Shown: one piece after another, positions 20,281 through 30,948 of the stretch
How the letters are laid out: the number at the start of each line of letters is the position of its first letter
Position numbering within the stretch: the stretch's first letter is position 1
NCBI GenBank assembly: GCA_964527925.1
Contig: CAZGQO010000001.1
Span: forward strand, 324,808-388,807
DNA: 64,000 bases
Reading direction: 5' to 3'
From: an uncultured Ignavibacteriaceae bacterium
Lineage (GTDB): Bacteria; Bacteroidota; Ignavibacteria; Ch128b
Position numbers and translations under genes: made by a program
The notes under the pieces: model-generated
Told to the model about the DNA's origin: nothing
Databases searched by the model: none
The model's input: only the letters and a program-made list of their open reading frames with translations

Positions 20281-21434
20281 ATCCCATTTCTAAAGTTTAT
20301 TGAAATATCAGTTGATCTTTCAGGAACAGGTTTTATAGTCGAAGCAATATTAATCAACACACCTAAACCGATTGAATGCATCACCAAAGCAGAACCACCA
20401 TAGCTTAATAAAGGCAGTGGTAAACCAGTTGTTGGTAAAATTCCCACAACAACAAGTGTATTAGCAAACAGATAAAATCCAATTGTAATCACAACTCCTG
20501 CCGATATAACTTTACCGAAAATATCTTCAGCCCGCTGCATAACGATATAACCAATAATCATAATTACCAGATATAGAAAAAGAATAAAAATTGAGCCAAC
20601 AAAACCAAGCTCTTCACCAATTATCGAAAAGATAAAATCTCCATATGCTTCTGGAATAAACAGCTCACGGAAATTACTATTGCCAAAACCTACTCCAATT
20701 GTTCCTCCTGATCCTATTGCATAAATAGCATAACGTACCTGAGGGTCTGGATCAACTAGAGAAGGATTGAACAATCTCTTAACATAATTTCCAATTCGTT
20801 GGAGTCGATACTCTGCTGAAAACATATAAATTAAAATAATTGGAGCCGATGCAAGGACTGTGAAAAATAAATGTTTAAAACTTGCTCCACCAAGAAACAC
20901 CAGACTCAAACCAATTAAAATGATCATCATGCCCTGTGAAAAATTTGGCTGTAAAAAAACCAGAAGTGCAATAATTGAAATCCAGACAATAAATGGTAAA
21001 TAACCGTTTTTAAATTCCTGCACTCTCTCACCTTTTCTCTCAATCAAATTAGCGAAATGAAAAATCATCGCATAAAGTGCCAAGAATGATGTTTGAATTT
21101 CAATAAAACCAAAATCAAAGGAACGAACTGCTCCTTTCTTCATCGTACCAAAAAATAAAGTCAGAGTAAGTAAAAGTATCGAAATTAAAACCCCTAAGTG
21201 AGTTAAATTTTTATAAACTTTATATGGAATCTTACTGAAGATAACTAACACTATAGATGCAAATAAAACCTTTACTGCATGATTGGAAGCAAGTTGGTGC
21301 GGATTTTTCCCTGGAGTTAGAACTTCAGAGAAGGAAGCACTGGCAGAATACACAATTGCGATGCTTAATATCATCAAAGCTAAAACAGTGATGAATAAAA
21401 TTATTTTTAGATTTTCTATCTTAATCAGCTTCAT
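20277..21434 (-). CDS. ftsW: SEDS-family peptidoglycan polymerase FtsW
   Basis: 385 aa with 10 TM helices and conserved SEDS motifs (RSFDFGFIEIQTSF..., LPTTGLPLPLLSYGGSALV). Confidence 0.85.
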   Translation of the reverse strand: MKLIKIENLKIILFITVLALMILSIAIVYSASASFSEVLTPGKNPHQLASNHAVKVLFASIVLVIFSKIPYKVYKNLTHLGVLISILLLTLTLFFGTMKKGAVRSFDFGFIEIQTSFLALYAMIFHFANLIERKGERVQEFKNGYLPFIVWISIIALLVFLQPNFSQGMMIILIGLSLVFLGGASFKHLFFTVLASAPIILIYMFSAEYRLQRIGNYVKRLFNPSLVDPDPQVRYAIYAIGSGGTIGVGFGNSNFRELFIPEAYGDFIFSIIGEELGFVGSIFILFLYLVIMIIGYIVMQRAEDIFGKVISAGVVITIGFYLFANTLVVVGILPTTGLPLPLLSYGGSALVMHSIGLGVLINIASTIKPVPERSTDISINFRNGI

Positions 21435-22810
21435 AAACTATTTACCAATTCTTTGAAAGTTCTTCCTCTGTGTTCATAATCTTTAAACATATCAAAACTT
21501 TTACATGCTGGTGAAAACATTACAATATCACCTTTGCAGGCTATATCGTAAGATTTTTTAACTACTTCTTCTAATGATTCACAAACTATCACTTCAACAA
21601 CCTTATCGAAGAAGTTTTTAATTTTTTCTTTTGTTTCACCAAATGCAAGGATCACTCTTGCTTTTTCCTTCACGAGTTCTAAAATTTCTGTGTAGTCATT
21701 TCCTTCGCCTTCTTCTCGACCACCCAAAATTAGAATCAAAGGAGAATCATAGCTTTTCAATGCGTAATAAGTGGATCTTACATTTGTAGCTTTTGAATCA
21801 TTGATAAATAAAACTCCATTCAACTCACGAACTATCTCAAGTCGATGTTCAACTCCTTTGAAAGTCTCAACTCCCTCTCTAATTTTATCAAGTGAACATC
21901 CAACAAATCTTGCTGCAAGAGCGGAAGCCATTGAATTATAATAATTGTGAATTCCTTTCAGAATCATCTCTCTTGTATTAATAAATGGAAAAAATTCTGA
22001 TTGATTGCTTCCATTCTTGATACTATTCCTCAAATAAATTATGTCGTCTTTGTAGAACGCATCAGCATTATCAAAACCAATTATTGAGAAAGTTTCTTTT
22101 TTAGATTTTAGAGATGGGATGTTATTAGTAATTGAAGAATCATCAAGATTATAAATAAAGAGATCTTCCTTCTGTAAATTTTTTGTGATTCTGAACTTTG
22201 ATTCGATATATTTTTGAAAGCTGTTCTCATATCGATATAAATGATCGGGAGTAATATTAAGTATAATTGCAACATCTGGATGAAAACTATCAATCAAATC
22301 AAGTTGATAGCTGCTGACTTCAAGAACCGAAATTGAATCATCCGAAGTTTTATCAGCAAAACCCGAGAAGGCATCACCAATATTTCCACCGATAAGAGTC
22401 TTAAAACCTGCATTTTTCAAAATGTAATGAGTTAATGCAGTTGTTGTTGTTTTACCATTTGTTCCAGTAATTGCAATCATTTTTCCTTTATTAAACCAGC
22501 TTGCAAATTCGATTTCCGAATAAACTGGAATTCTCTTGCTAAATGCATTCTGTAAAACTTCAGATTTAATGGGAACGCCAGGACTCGTTACAATAAAATC
22601 ACAATCATAAACTTTCGATGAATGAGCACCTAATTCAATTTCAACGCCAAGACTCTTTAATTCATCTAGTTTATTTTTTCCGATTTCTTTTTTTCCATTA
22701 TCGCTGATAAAAACTTTTGCACCTTTTTTAGCAGCAAGAATAGCTGCAGGAATTCCACTTCTTTCTGCACCAAGAACAGTTATTCTTTTATTTTTGAGTT
22801 CTGTAATCAT
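21431..22810 (-). CDS. murD: UDP-N-acetylmuramoylalanine--D-glutamate ligase
   Basis: 459 aa. ITGTNGKTTTT P-loop; Mur ligase middle and C domains. Confidence 0.85.
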   Translation of the reverse strand: MITELKNKRITVLGAERSGIPAAILAAKKGAKVFISDNGKKEIGKNKLDELKSLGVEIELGAHSSKVYDCDFIVTSPGVPIKSEVLQNAFSKRIPVYSEIEFASWFNKGKMIAITGTNGKTTTTALTHYILKNAGFKTLIGGNIGDAFSGFADKTSDDSISVLEVSSYQLDLIDSFHPDVAIILNITPDHLYRYENSFQKYIESKFRITKNLQKEDLFIYNLDDSSITNNIPSLKSKKETFSIIGFDNADAFYKDDIIYLRNSIKNGSNQSEFFPFINTREMILKGIHNYYNSMASALAARFVGCSLDKIREGVETFKGVEHRLEIVRELNGVLFINDSKATNVRSTYYALKSYDSPLILILGGREEGEGNDYTEILELVKEKARVILAFGETKEKIKNFFDKVVEVIVCESLEEVVKKSYDIACKGDIVMFSPACKSFDMFKDYEHRGRTFKELVNSL

Positions 22811-23919
22811 TATCTAATCTTAAATGTTGTTAGACTTACAATTGCCAGGATTATTGCGATGATGTAAAAACGAGTTACAATTTTTGGTTCTGGCCAGCCC
22901 ATCAATTCAAAATGATGATGCAACGGAGCCATCTTAAAAACTCGTTTCCCTTCACCATATTTTCTTTTTGTGTATTTGAAGTATCCTCTTTGAATTATTA
23001 CTGAAATAGTTTCAGCGAAGAAAATTCCACCAAGGATCGGCAAAAGCAATTCTTTTTTTACAAGAACAGCAAGAGTCCCAAGTGCACCGCCAAGAGCAAG
23101 CGAGCCTGTATCGCCCATAAAAACCTGAGCTGGGTAGGCATTAAACCACAAAAATCCAAGCGTTGCACCAGCAATCGCAGCACAGAAAATTGTTAATTCA
23201 CCTGCACCAGCCAAATAAATGATATTCAAATAATCACTATAAACCACATTTCCAGTAACATAGCTAAAAATTGCAAGCGTCAGCATCGAAATTGCAACAG
23301 TTCCTGATGCTAAGCCATCAAGTCCATCGGTTAGATTAACAGCGTTTGCAGTTCCCATAATTATAAAGATTATAAATGGAATGTACAGACTGCCGAAATC
23401 GAAATTTAAATTCTTAAAGAATGGTAAAGTTGTTTCTGTCCTGACTAATTCAAACTCTGGTGCATAATAGACAGAAAGTCCAACTATTAAACCAATAATG
23501 AACTGAAGAATTAGTTTATATCTTTCGATTAAACCTTTTCTGTATTTCTTTACAACTTTCAAATAATCATCAAGCAAACCGACTGCAAAGAGCCACAAAG
23601 TTGAGGCAAGAATTATCCAGATGAATGTACTCATTATATCAGCCCAGAGAATCACAGGTATTACCATTGAAAGCACAATAATAATTCCACCCATTGTAGG
23701 AGTACCTTCTTTGCTCCAGTGAGTTTTTGGAGCTTCAACTTTTTTAGATTCACCAATCTGATTTTTCTTTAACCAGGCGATGATTTTCGGACCGAAATAA
23801 AAAGCAATAATCAAAGAAGTGACAGCAGCAGCTGCTGAACGTGTAGTGATGTATCTGAAAGCTCCAAGACCCGGGATATCATAATTTCGTTTTAAGAATT
23901 CAAATAAATAGTAAAGCAT
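22810..23919 (-). CDS. mraY: Phospho-N-acetylmuramoyl-pentapeptide transferase
   Basis: 369 aa. NAVNLTDGLDGLA and HHHFELMGW motifs. Confidence 0.9.
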   Translation of the reverse strand: MLYYLFEFLKRNYDIPGLGAFRYITTRSAAAAVTSLIIAFYFGPKIIAWLKKNQIGESKKVEAPKTHWSKEGTPTMGGIIIVLSMVIPVILWADIMSTFIWIILASTLWLFAVGLLDDYLKVVKKYRKGLIERYKLILQFIIGLIVGLSVYYAPEFELVRTETTLPFFKNLNFDFGSLYIPFIIFIIMGTANAVNLTDGLDGLASGTVAISMLTLAIFSYVTGNVVYSDYLNIIYLAGAGELTIFCAAIAGATLGFLWFNAYPAQVFMGDTGSLALGGALGTLAVLVKKELLLPILGGIFFAETISVIIQRGYFKYTKRKYGEGKRVFKMAPLHHHFELMGWPEPKIVTRFYIIAIILAIVSLTTFKIR

Positions 23920-23921
23920 GT

Positions 23922-25292
23922 TTATCCTTTTACTAATTCTATTATTTCTTCCATCTTCATTTTTCTTGAACCTTTAAGAAGAATTAAAAGGCGACTGTAA
24001 TTCATCTTTAATAATTCTTCTGTAATCTTTGATTTTGAATCAAAATGCTGAGCATTGAGTTTTAATTTATTTGCTTCATCAAAAGTGTATCTCGTTAGTT
24101 CACCAAATAAATAAATATTCTGAATACCTGATTCTTTCAAGTAATGAGCAAGATCACGATGAAATTTTTCTGAGTGTTCACCAAGCTCAAGCATATCACC
24201 AAGTATTGCAATTTTATTTTCAAATCCATTCATCTGTGAAAGAGTAGTGATGGCAAATCTCATAGAATCTGGATTTGCATTGTACGCATCATTAATAAAT
24301 GTGAATTTATTTATCGTTATGACCTGCATCCTCTTATCATAAGCTTGAAAAGATTCTAACGCATTTTTAATTTGTTTAAGGCTTATCCCGAACTTTATTC
24401 CAACTGATGCAGCTGCTAAAGCATTCTGTGCTGAATGAATGCCATAGGTTGGAAGATCTATTACAACTGATTTATTTTTATAAGTAATTTTCAAGACTGG
24501 CTGAGCTAATGAATTCAGTGAAAGGATCTTTCCTCTAACATCAGATCTTGAATTGAAACCAAAGGATAATTTTCTTTTAATATTTTTTGCTTGATCTTTG
24601 ATGAGTGTATCGTCTGGATTAACAAAGACAAATCCATTTTTCTTTTTTAGATATCTAAACAATTCGGCTTTTTCTTTAGCTATACCTTCACGACTTCCAA
24701 AGAATTCGATATGTGCTGTTCCAATCATAGTTATCAATCCAAAATCAGGATCAGCTATTTCACAAAGCGACCTCATTTCACCGAAGTGATTTATTCCCAT
24801 TTCAAGTACAGCTATCCTATGATTCTTTTTAAGTCTGAATAAATTGAGTGGAAGTCCAATATTATTGTTTAGATTTCCTTCCGTTTTCAACACATTGTAT
24901 TTTGATTCTAAAACTTTTGCAATCATTTCTTTCGTAGTAGTTTTACCATTTGAACCTGTTAGGCCAATGACTTTTACATCAAACTTATTTCGATAAATTC
25001 TTGCTAACTGACCAAGTGCTTGAATGGTATCATCAACCAGAATCATTGGATAATTTTTGTCAAAGAATCTTTGCATTTGCTTTTTTTGAATTACAAATGC
25101 AGATGCACCTTTCGAGATTACATCGTCAACAAAATCATGTCCATCAAAATTTTCTCCTTTGATAGCGAAGTATAGTTCACCTTGATTAATTTTTCTTGAA
25201 TCAATTGATACACCAGTTATCCTACCAATTAAGTTGGAGTTAACTATCTCTACATTTGTAATTTGTCTTATGTCTCTAAGTGTAATATTCAT
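23922..25292 (-). CDS. murF: UDP-MurNAc-tripeptide--D-alanyl-D-alanine ligase
   Basis: 456 aa. GLTGSNGKTTTKEM P-loop. Follows murE. Confidence 0.85.
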   Translation of the reverse strand: MNITLRDIRQITNVEIVNSNLIGRITGVSIDSRKINQGELYFAIKGENFDGHDFVDDVISKGASAFVIQKKQMQRFFDKNYPMILVDDTIQALGQLARIYRNKFDVKVIGLTGSNGKTTTKEMIAKVLESKYNVLKTEGNLNNNIGLPLNLFRLKKNHRIAVLEMGINHFGEMRSLCEIADPDFGLITMIGTAHIEFFGSREGIAKEKAELFRYLKKKNGFVFVNPDDTLIKDQAKNIKRKLSFGFNSRSDVRGKILSLNSLAQPVLKITYKNKSVVIDLPTYGIHSAQNALAAASVGIKFGISLKQIKNALESFQAYDKRMQVITINKFTFINDAYNANPDSMRFAITTLSQMNGFENKIAILGDMLELGEHSEKFHRDLAHYLKESGIQNIYLFGELTRYTFDEANKLKLNAQHFDSKSKITEELLKMNYSRLLILLKGSRKMKMEEIIELVKG

Positions 25293-26800
25293 TTCCCAAA
25301 TCTCTCTTCAAGAATTTTTTTTGCAACTTCACGATCATCAAAAGGGATTCTCTTGTTTTTCACAATTTGATAAGGCTCGTGTCCTTTTCCGGTAATCAAC
25401 ACAACATCACCGTCATTTGCGAGTGAAATTGCTTTTCGAATTGCATCTTCTCTATCCTCAATTACATAAAATTCTTTGTTTCTATTCATTCCACTCAAAA
25501 TATCATTGTTTATTTGGAATAGCTCTTCATTTCTTGGATTGTCTGCAGTTATAATTGCAACATCACTCAATTCTTCAACAACCTTTCCCATTTTTGGTCT
25601 TTTTGTTCTATCTCTATTTCCACCTGCACCAAAAACTGTAATTATTTTATTGGAAGAATTATTTCTGCGAAGTATTTCTCGAATTGTGTTTAATACATTT
25701 TGAAGTGCATCATGAGTATGTGCATAATCTACGATTACTTTTACCGGGTAATTTCCAATAACTTCAAATCTTCCCGGAACTTTTATTAAGTTTTTTATTG
25801 ATTCTCTAATAGAATTTATATCAACCCCCAGCTCAATGCAGGTTGCAATTGCAGCTGCTAAATTATAGACATTAAAAGTACCGGTAACATTTGCTGTGAA
25901 CTCTTCTATCTTTTCTCTAATCTTCATTTGAAACTTTATTTCATCAAAAGAAATCTGATAATTTATAATTTGAAAATCACTTTCTGGACTCATTCCATAA
26001 AATTTCACTTTTGATTTCGTATCAACAACAATGCTCTTACCATATTCATTATCAATGTTTACAATCGCGATTGAATACTTGCCAAGTGAGTCAAACAATT
26101 TTTTCTTAGCGGCAAAGTAATTATCCATTGTAAGATGAAAATCCAGATGGTCTTGTGTAAGATTCGTAAATACACCGGCTTTGAAATTTACACCATAAAC
26201 TCTATCAAGCTGAAGTGAGTGAGAAGAAACTTCAGTCACGCAATATTCACAACCTTTTTCAATCATTAAACTTAATAATTGATTGAATTCCAGAGATTCT
26301 GGGGTTGTTTTTTCTGAAGGTAAAATATCATCACCAATGTAATTATTAACTGTTCCAATCAAACCTGTTTTATAACCAGCAGATTCAAGAATCGATTTTA
26401 TAAAATATGTAGTTGAAGTTTTTCCATTAGTTCCTGTAATGCCAATTACTTTTATTTTGTCAGAAGGATTTTTAAAGAAATTTTTGGATAATAAAGCTAG
26501 TGCTTTACGAGAATCCTTCACTAAAATTTTTGTCACATTTTGATGAATTAAATAATCATTCGAAACCTTAGAATCATCTTCAAGAACAATTGCAGTTGAA
26601 CCTTTTGCAATTGCTTCCATAATAAAATTGTGTCCGTCAAAATTAAATCCTTTAATTGCAACAAAAATTGAATTCTTCACAACTTTTCGCGAATCATAAG
26701 CGATAGAAACAATATCTTTTCGCTCAACCTCTCCAGCTAATTGAACAATTGAAAGATTAGAAATTAAATTTTCTAACTTCACTATATATCTCTTTGACAT
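25289..26800 (-). CDS. murE: UDP-MurNAc-L-Ala-D-Glu--2,6-diaminopimelate (or lysine) ligase
   Basis: 503 aa. GITGTNGKTSTTYF; DNPR motif near the C-terminus (ITADNPRNEE) is consistent with meso-DAP-adding enzymes. Confidence 0.9.
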   Translation of the reverse strand: MSKRYIVKLENLISNLSIVQLAGEVERKDIVSIAYDSRKVVKNSIFVAIKGFNFDGHNFIMEAIAKGSTAIVLEDDSKVSNDYLIHQNVTKILVKDSRKALALLSKNFFKNPSDKIKVIGITGTNGKTSTTYFIKSILESAGYKTGLIGTVNNYIGDDILPSEKTTPESLEFNQLLSLMIEKGCEYCVTEVSSHSLQLDRVYGVNFKAGVFTNLTQDHLDFHLTMDNYFAAKKKLFDSLGKYSIAIVNIDNEYGKSIVVDTKSKVKFYGMSPESDFQIINYQISFDEIKFQMKIREKIEEFTANVTGTFNVYNLAAAIATCIELGVDINSIRESIKNLIKVPGRFEVIGNYPVKVIVDYAHTHDALQNVLNTIREILRRNNSSNKIITVFGAGGNRDRTKRPKMGKVVEELSDVAIITADNPRNEELFQINNDILSGMNRNKEFYVIEDREDAIRKAISLANDGDVVLITGKGHEPYQIVKNKRIPFDDREVAKKILEERFGK

Positions 26801-28887
26801 TTAATTTTTAATTCTTGACTCGAATTAATGTATTGCCCAGGTGCAATACTCTGATCAACAACATAACCTGTTCCATCCACGCTAAACTTGATTCCACGAG
26901 ATTTTAATTTGGTAGTCGCCTCTCTTAAAGATAAACCTACAAGATTTGGAACAACATTTTTTGAACCATTATTTTGATTTTCGTAGTCTTCGAAAAATAG
27001 AACAACTTTGTTGTTAAAAGGATCGAATATCTGCTTTTGAACAATATCCCCTTTGCCTCGAATTTCAATCCTTATATTAAAACTTTTTGCAGTATGAATT
27101 GCAGAAACTTTTGATTTTCCAGTTAAATCTGGTAGAGATTTGTTATTATCTTTTGAATCGTTACCAGTAAATTTTATATCTTCAATAGCCTTAACTTGAT
27201 TTAATTCATTCTGCCTCTCTGCCCAGATTCTATCCCCAATTTTTTTGAATAATGGTGCAGCAACCTCAGCAGCGTAATATCCGTTTTTGGGTGAATCCAG
27301 TTTGACAAAAATCAAATATTCAGGATTCTCGACCGGGAAAAATCCAACGAAGGATGAGATATAGTCTTTATCAGAATAGCCAACACCTTGAATAAATTTT
27401 TTTGCTGTTCCGGTTTTTCCTCCACAACTGACATTCTCTAATTTTGCTTTTTCCCCAGTGCCTTCAGTGATTACTGATTGCATAATTTCTTTCATCAATC
27501 TGCTTGTGGATTCAGAAATAACTTTCCGTACCACTGTTGGCTTATTTTCAAGAACAACATTGTTATTATTATCAAAGACTTTCTTCACAACAAAAGGCTT
27601 CATCAAATTCCCGCCGTTAATTATTGAAGCATACATTGTAATTAATTGCAAAGGCGTAACTGAAATCGAATATCCATGAGCTACCCACAACATAGCAAGA
27701 TCATTTTTAACGGGCTTTCTCACTATTCCTCGTACTTCTCCTGGAAGATCAATTCCAGTATAACTTCCAAAACCAAAATTGTAGATGCTTTTATAAAAAT
27801 TTTCTTCTCCAATTAACCGCGAAATTTTCGCCATTACTATGTTGCTTGAATAAACAAATGATTCCTTTGGAGTCAAAAAGGTATATTTATGGTCATCTCG
27901 AATCACCTTACCATTTGAAACTTTATAGATTCCATTTTCCGCATTCATGACGGAATTAATATTAACTTTATTCAATTCGATAGCTGTTGCAAGTGTAACA
28001 GCCTTAAAAGTCGAACCTGGATCATAAACCTCAGCAATTGATCTGTTTTTTCTCTCTTGATCTGAATATTCAGAATAACGGGCGGGATTAAATGTTGGAA
28101 TATTTGCAAGTGCTAAAATTTCTCCAGTGTTTGGATTCATAACAATTCCAACAGCACTCTTTGCTTGCCATTGTTCTACAGCTTTTACCAACTCTTCTTC
28201 AACAATCGATTGAATTCCAAAATCTATTGTAAGTTGAACATTATATCCATCAACTGCATCATTACCCTTATTTTGTATTCTTCCTCTTTTTCGTCCTGTT
28301 GCATCCTTTCTGTAGTAGATTAATCCTTCTTTGCCTCTTAAATAATTATCATAGTATTTTTCAACTCCATCCAGACCCACTGCTGAATCAAACTTTACAT
28401 ATCCAATCAAATGTGCTTCAAGTCCTTCTTTCGTATAAATTCTTGTTTGATATTCTTCAAATCCAAAACAACCCAATTTCGCCCGTTGCAATTTTTCGTT
28501 TAATTTATAATAAACTTCACTTGAAAGATCTTGTTGAAGATAGACAATTTTATTATCACTAGTGTTTACTTTCTTAAGGTATTCTTCACTCGAAGTATTC
28601 AAAAGCTTTGCAAGAGAGTCAAGTATTTTAGCATAATCAATCTTATCAACCATTGACTTATCAAAATATAACTTATATGATTTGACAGTTGAAGCAAGGA
28701 GAATATTGTTTCTATCGTATATCTCTCCCCTTAATGGTTTTTTGATTTCAGCTTTTTGAGTTAACTGTATTGATTTTTCAAGATAAAAGTTGTGATTTTT
28801 AAACTGTAAATAAATCAGTCTTGATACTAAAACACCAAAGGCAAATAAAAATAGAATTACAAAAAGTAGAAATCTTCTCGTTATCAA
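26782..28887 (-). CDS. ftsI: Penicillin-binding protein (FtsI/PBP3 class B transpeptidase) with C-terminal PASTA domain
   Basis: 701 aa. SxxK (STFK), SSN and KTGT transpeptidase motifs. C-terminal ~70 aa (VVPNLVGLSLREATTKLKSRGIKFSVDGTGYVVDQSIAPGQ) matches the PASTA fold. Confidence 0.85.
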   Translation of the reverse strand: MITRRFLLFVILFLFAFGVLVSRLIYLQFKNHNFYLEKSIQLTQKAEIKKPLRGEIYDRNNILLASTVKSYKLYFDKSMVDKIDYAKILDSLAKLLNTSSEEYLKKVNTSDNKIVYLQQDLSSEVYYKLNEKLQRAKLGCFGFEEYQTRIYTKEGLEAHLIGYVKFDSAVGLDGVEKYYDNYLRGKEGLIYYRKDATGRKRGRIQNKGNDAVDGYNVQLTIDFGIQSIVEEELVKAVEQWQAKSAVGIVMNPNTGEILALANIPTFNPARYSEYSDQERKNRSIAEVYDPGSTFKAVTLATAIELNKVNINSVMNAENGIYKVSNGKVIRDDHKYTFLTPKESFVYSSNIVMAKISRLIGEENFYKSIYNFGFGSYTGIDLPGEVRGIVRKPVKNDLAMLWVAHGYSISVTPLQLITMYASIINGGNLMKPFVVKKVFDNNNNVVLENKPTVVRKVISESTSRLMKEIMQSVITEGTGEKAKLENVSCGGKTGTAKKFIQGVGYSDKDYISSFVGFFPVENPEYLIFVKLDSPKNGYYAAEVAAPLFKKIGDRIWAERQNELNQVKAIEDIKFTGNDSKDNNKSLPDLTGKSKVSAIHTAKSFNIRIEIRGKGDIVQKQIFDPFNNKVVLFFEDYENQNNGSKNVVPNLVGLSLREATTKLKSRGIKFSVDGTGYVVDQSIAPGQYINSSQELKIKCQRDI

Positions 28888-29183
28888 TTTCCCTCCAGTT
28901 GACTCAATTTTTCTCGTGGAATTTTGAGTAAAATTGGTGCTTCAACAGGATTAATCATACCTAACTGAGTGATTGCAATTTTTTCAATTCTATCTTTTGC
29001 AATTAAAGACTCATATTCAGATCTAAGCTTTTTATTAGCATTAATTAAAATTTGAATCTCTTCAGTCCTTTGATCGATTTTCTTAATTAAATCTCTGACT
29101 ATTACTGTGTTAGCAACAAAAAGTGTAATTAAAACAATAAAAATAACTATCAATGATATAGTAAATCCTGGATTCTTTATCAT
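28884..29183 (-). CDS. ftsL: Cell division protein FtsL-like (single TM plus coiled coil)
   Basis: 99 aa. TM ISLIVIFIVLITLFVANTVIV followed by a heptad-rich region. Position between rsmH and ftsI. Confidence 0.55.
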   Translation of the reverse strand: MIKNPGFTISLIVIFIVLITLFVANTVIVRDLIKKIDQRTEEIQILINANKKLRSEYESLIAKDRIEKIAITQLGMINPVEAPILLKIPREKLSQLEGN

Positions 29184-30109
29184 AATACTTCCACTGATCT
29201 TAATTTTGCACTTCTAGAACGTGGATTATTTTTGATTTCCGTTTCATCCGTTCTGATAACTTTTTTTGTTAATTTTTTCAGCCGTAATTTTTTGCCGCAG
29301 ATACATCGACCAAGTTCCGGTGGACAATTACACTCCTGAGAATTTTTATTAAAAAATTCTTTTACAATTCTATCCTCTAATGAATGATAAGAGATAATTA
29401 CTATTCTGCCGCCAGATTTAATTAACTCAATTGCATCTTCAAGAAAAGTTTTCAAGTTTACTAACTCATCATTTACATATATCCTGAAAGCTTGAAAAAC
29501 TCTGGAGAGTGTATCATTTAATTTATGTCTTGGCGTAACTCTTGAAATGATTTCTACAATTTCTCTCGTAGTTCGAACAGGATTTTTCTTAACTGATTTT
29601 TCCAATTCTCTCGCAATCTTGTGTGCAAATTTTTCTTCACCATAAGTTGAAATGATTTTGTAAAGTTCTCTTGCTTCGGAATTGTCGATTATTTCATAAG
29701 CAGGAACACCAGTGCTTTTATCAAATCTCAAATCAAAATCTCCTTCAAACCGATATGAAAATCCTTCATCAGGGGTATCGATTTGATAGGAAGAAATTCC
29801 CAGGTCAAGAACTGACCCATCGATTTTTTGAAAACCAAGTGAGGTTAAAATATCTTTTATGTTCTTAAAATTTTCTTTCACAATTATAATCCTGTTTTCA
29901 TCAGCAAATTTTTTTTTGCAATAATTTATTGCTGCATCACTTAAATCAGTTGAAATCAGTTTCCCTGATGGACTTAATTTTTTCAGGATTGCTTCAGAAT
30001 AACCACCACCACCGAGTGTTCCGTCAAAATAAATTCCATCAGGATTTGTAAGTAAATATTCAATCGCAGTTTCTAAAAGAACAGGCTTGTGAAACTCACT
30101 TATTTCCAT
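29180..30109 (-). CDS. rsmH: 16S rRNA (cytosine1402-N4)-methyltransferase
   Basis: 309 aa. HKPVLL, DGTLGGGGYS (SAM site), LGISSYQID motifs. Confidence 0.9.
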   Translation of the reverse strand: MEISEFHKPVLLETAIEYLLTNPDGIYFDGTLGGGGYSEAILKKLSPSGKLISTDLSDAAINYCKKKFADENRIIIVKENFKNIKDILTSLGFQKIDGSVLDLGISSYQIDTPDEGFSYRFEGDFDLRFDKSTGVPAYEIIDNSEARELYKIISTYGEEKFAHKIARELEKSVKKNPVRTTREIVEIISRVTPRHKLNDTLSRVFQAFRIYVNDELVNLKTFLEDAIELIKSGGRIVIISYHSLEDRIVKEFFNKNSQECNCPPELGRCICGKKLRLKKLTKKVIRTDETEIKNNPRSRSAKLRSVEVL

Positions 30110-30572
30110 TCATCACCGTTGCTAATAAACTTCCAAAATCACCAGGATGTTGATTTGCCGATTCCTCAAGATATTTTTCAAACTCTTGCGGATTCCATAA
30201 TTCGATATAATCACCAACACCAACTACAAGGCATTCACCATCAATATTAACTTTTTTCAAAAGTTCTGATGGAAGTTTGATTCTGTATTGTCCATCCATT
30301 TCTTCATCATAGATGTTCGAGAAAAATCTTCTTCGCACATAAGCATTAACGGGATCAAAAGAATTTGCTTTGTTTATTGTTTCAAGAATGTTTTGAAAAA
30401 TTTTGTAAGGATAAAGTTTGATGCACTTATCATCTTTATCAGATAAAATTATAAATCTTTTATCTGTATCGAGTGAGATTTCTCTTCTCAGTTTAGCTGG
30501 AATGCTGATTCGATTTTTAGCATCTACCATGTACTTGAAGCTTCCTGAGAATCCTTTTGATCTTTCCATCAC
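30096..30572 (-). CDS. mraZ: Transcriptional regulator MraZ
   Basis: 158 aa. Two repeated DxxxR-type MraZ half-domains (KNRISIPAKLRREI ... QYRIKLPSELLKKV). Confidence 0.85.
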   Translation of the reverse strand: MMERSKGFSGSFKYMVDAKNRISIPAKLRREISLDTDKRFIILSDKDDKCIKLYPYKIFQNILETINKANSFDPVNAYVRRRFFSNIYDEEMDGQYRIKLPSELLKKVNIDGECLVVGVGDYIELWNPQEFEKYLEESANQHPGDFGSLLATVMNGNK

Positions 30573-30650
30573 TTTCGAACTCCGAAAGTCTCAAAAATTG
30601 AATATTTGCAGGTTCCCTTAAACATATCTTCTAACTCCGTGGAAGAATTT

Positions 30651-30713
30651 GGGCATTTGACCCACAATCCTCCACTTTTTAGGCAAAGCTAAACCTTTTT
30701 ATGGGATTTGTCA
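30651..30713 (-). promoter_or_regulatory. Candidate mraZ promoter (-35 TTGACA) with MraZ-box direct repeats (GTGGA-n5-GTGGG-n5-degenerate third) 80-100 nt upstream of the mraZ ATG
   Basis: The minus strand reads cTTGACAaatcccataaaaaggtTTAGCTttgcctaaaaaGTGGAggattGTGGGtcaaaTGCCC. The 10-bp periodic GTGGR repeats match the known MraZ operator architecture. Confidence 0.4.
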
Positions 30714-30948
30714 AGAGTTTATCAAACATTTTTTCAGATTTTTAATTTTTGTTAAGAAACGCCAAGGGAAAGCAATTGTAAGGTATGAATCAATGAAGTT
30801 GATAGCTTAATACTTCAGCACTCGAAGGTAAGTAACTATCCGATTCTCAGATCAATCTAAATTTGAAGATTGATTTATTTCAGGTTAGAAACTAAAATCT
30901 TTGTTAAAATTTTTAAGTGAAATGAAAAAATCATCCTTAAAAAAATTT

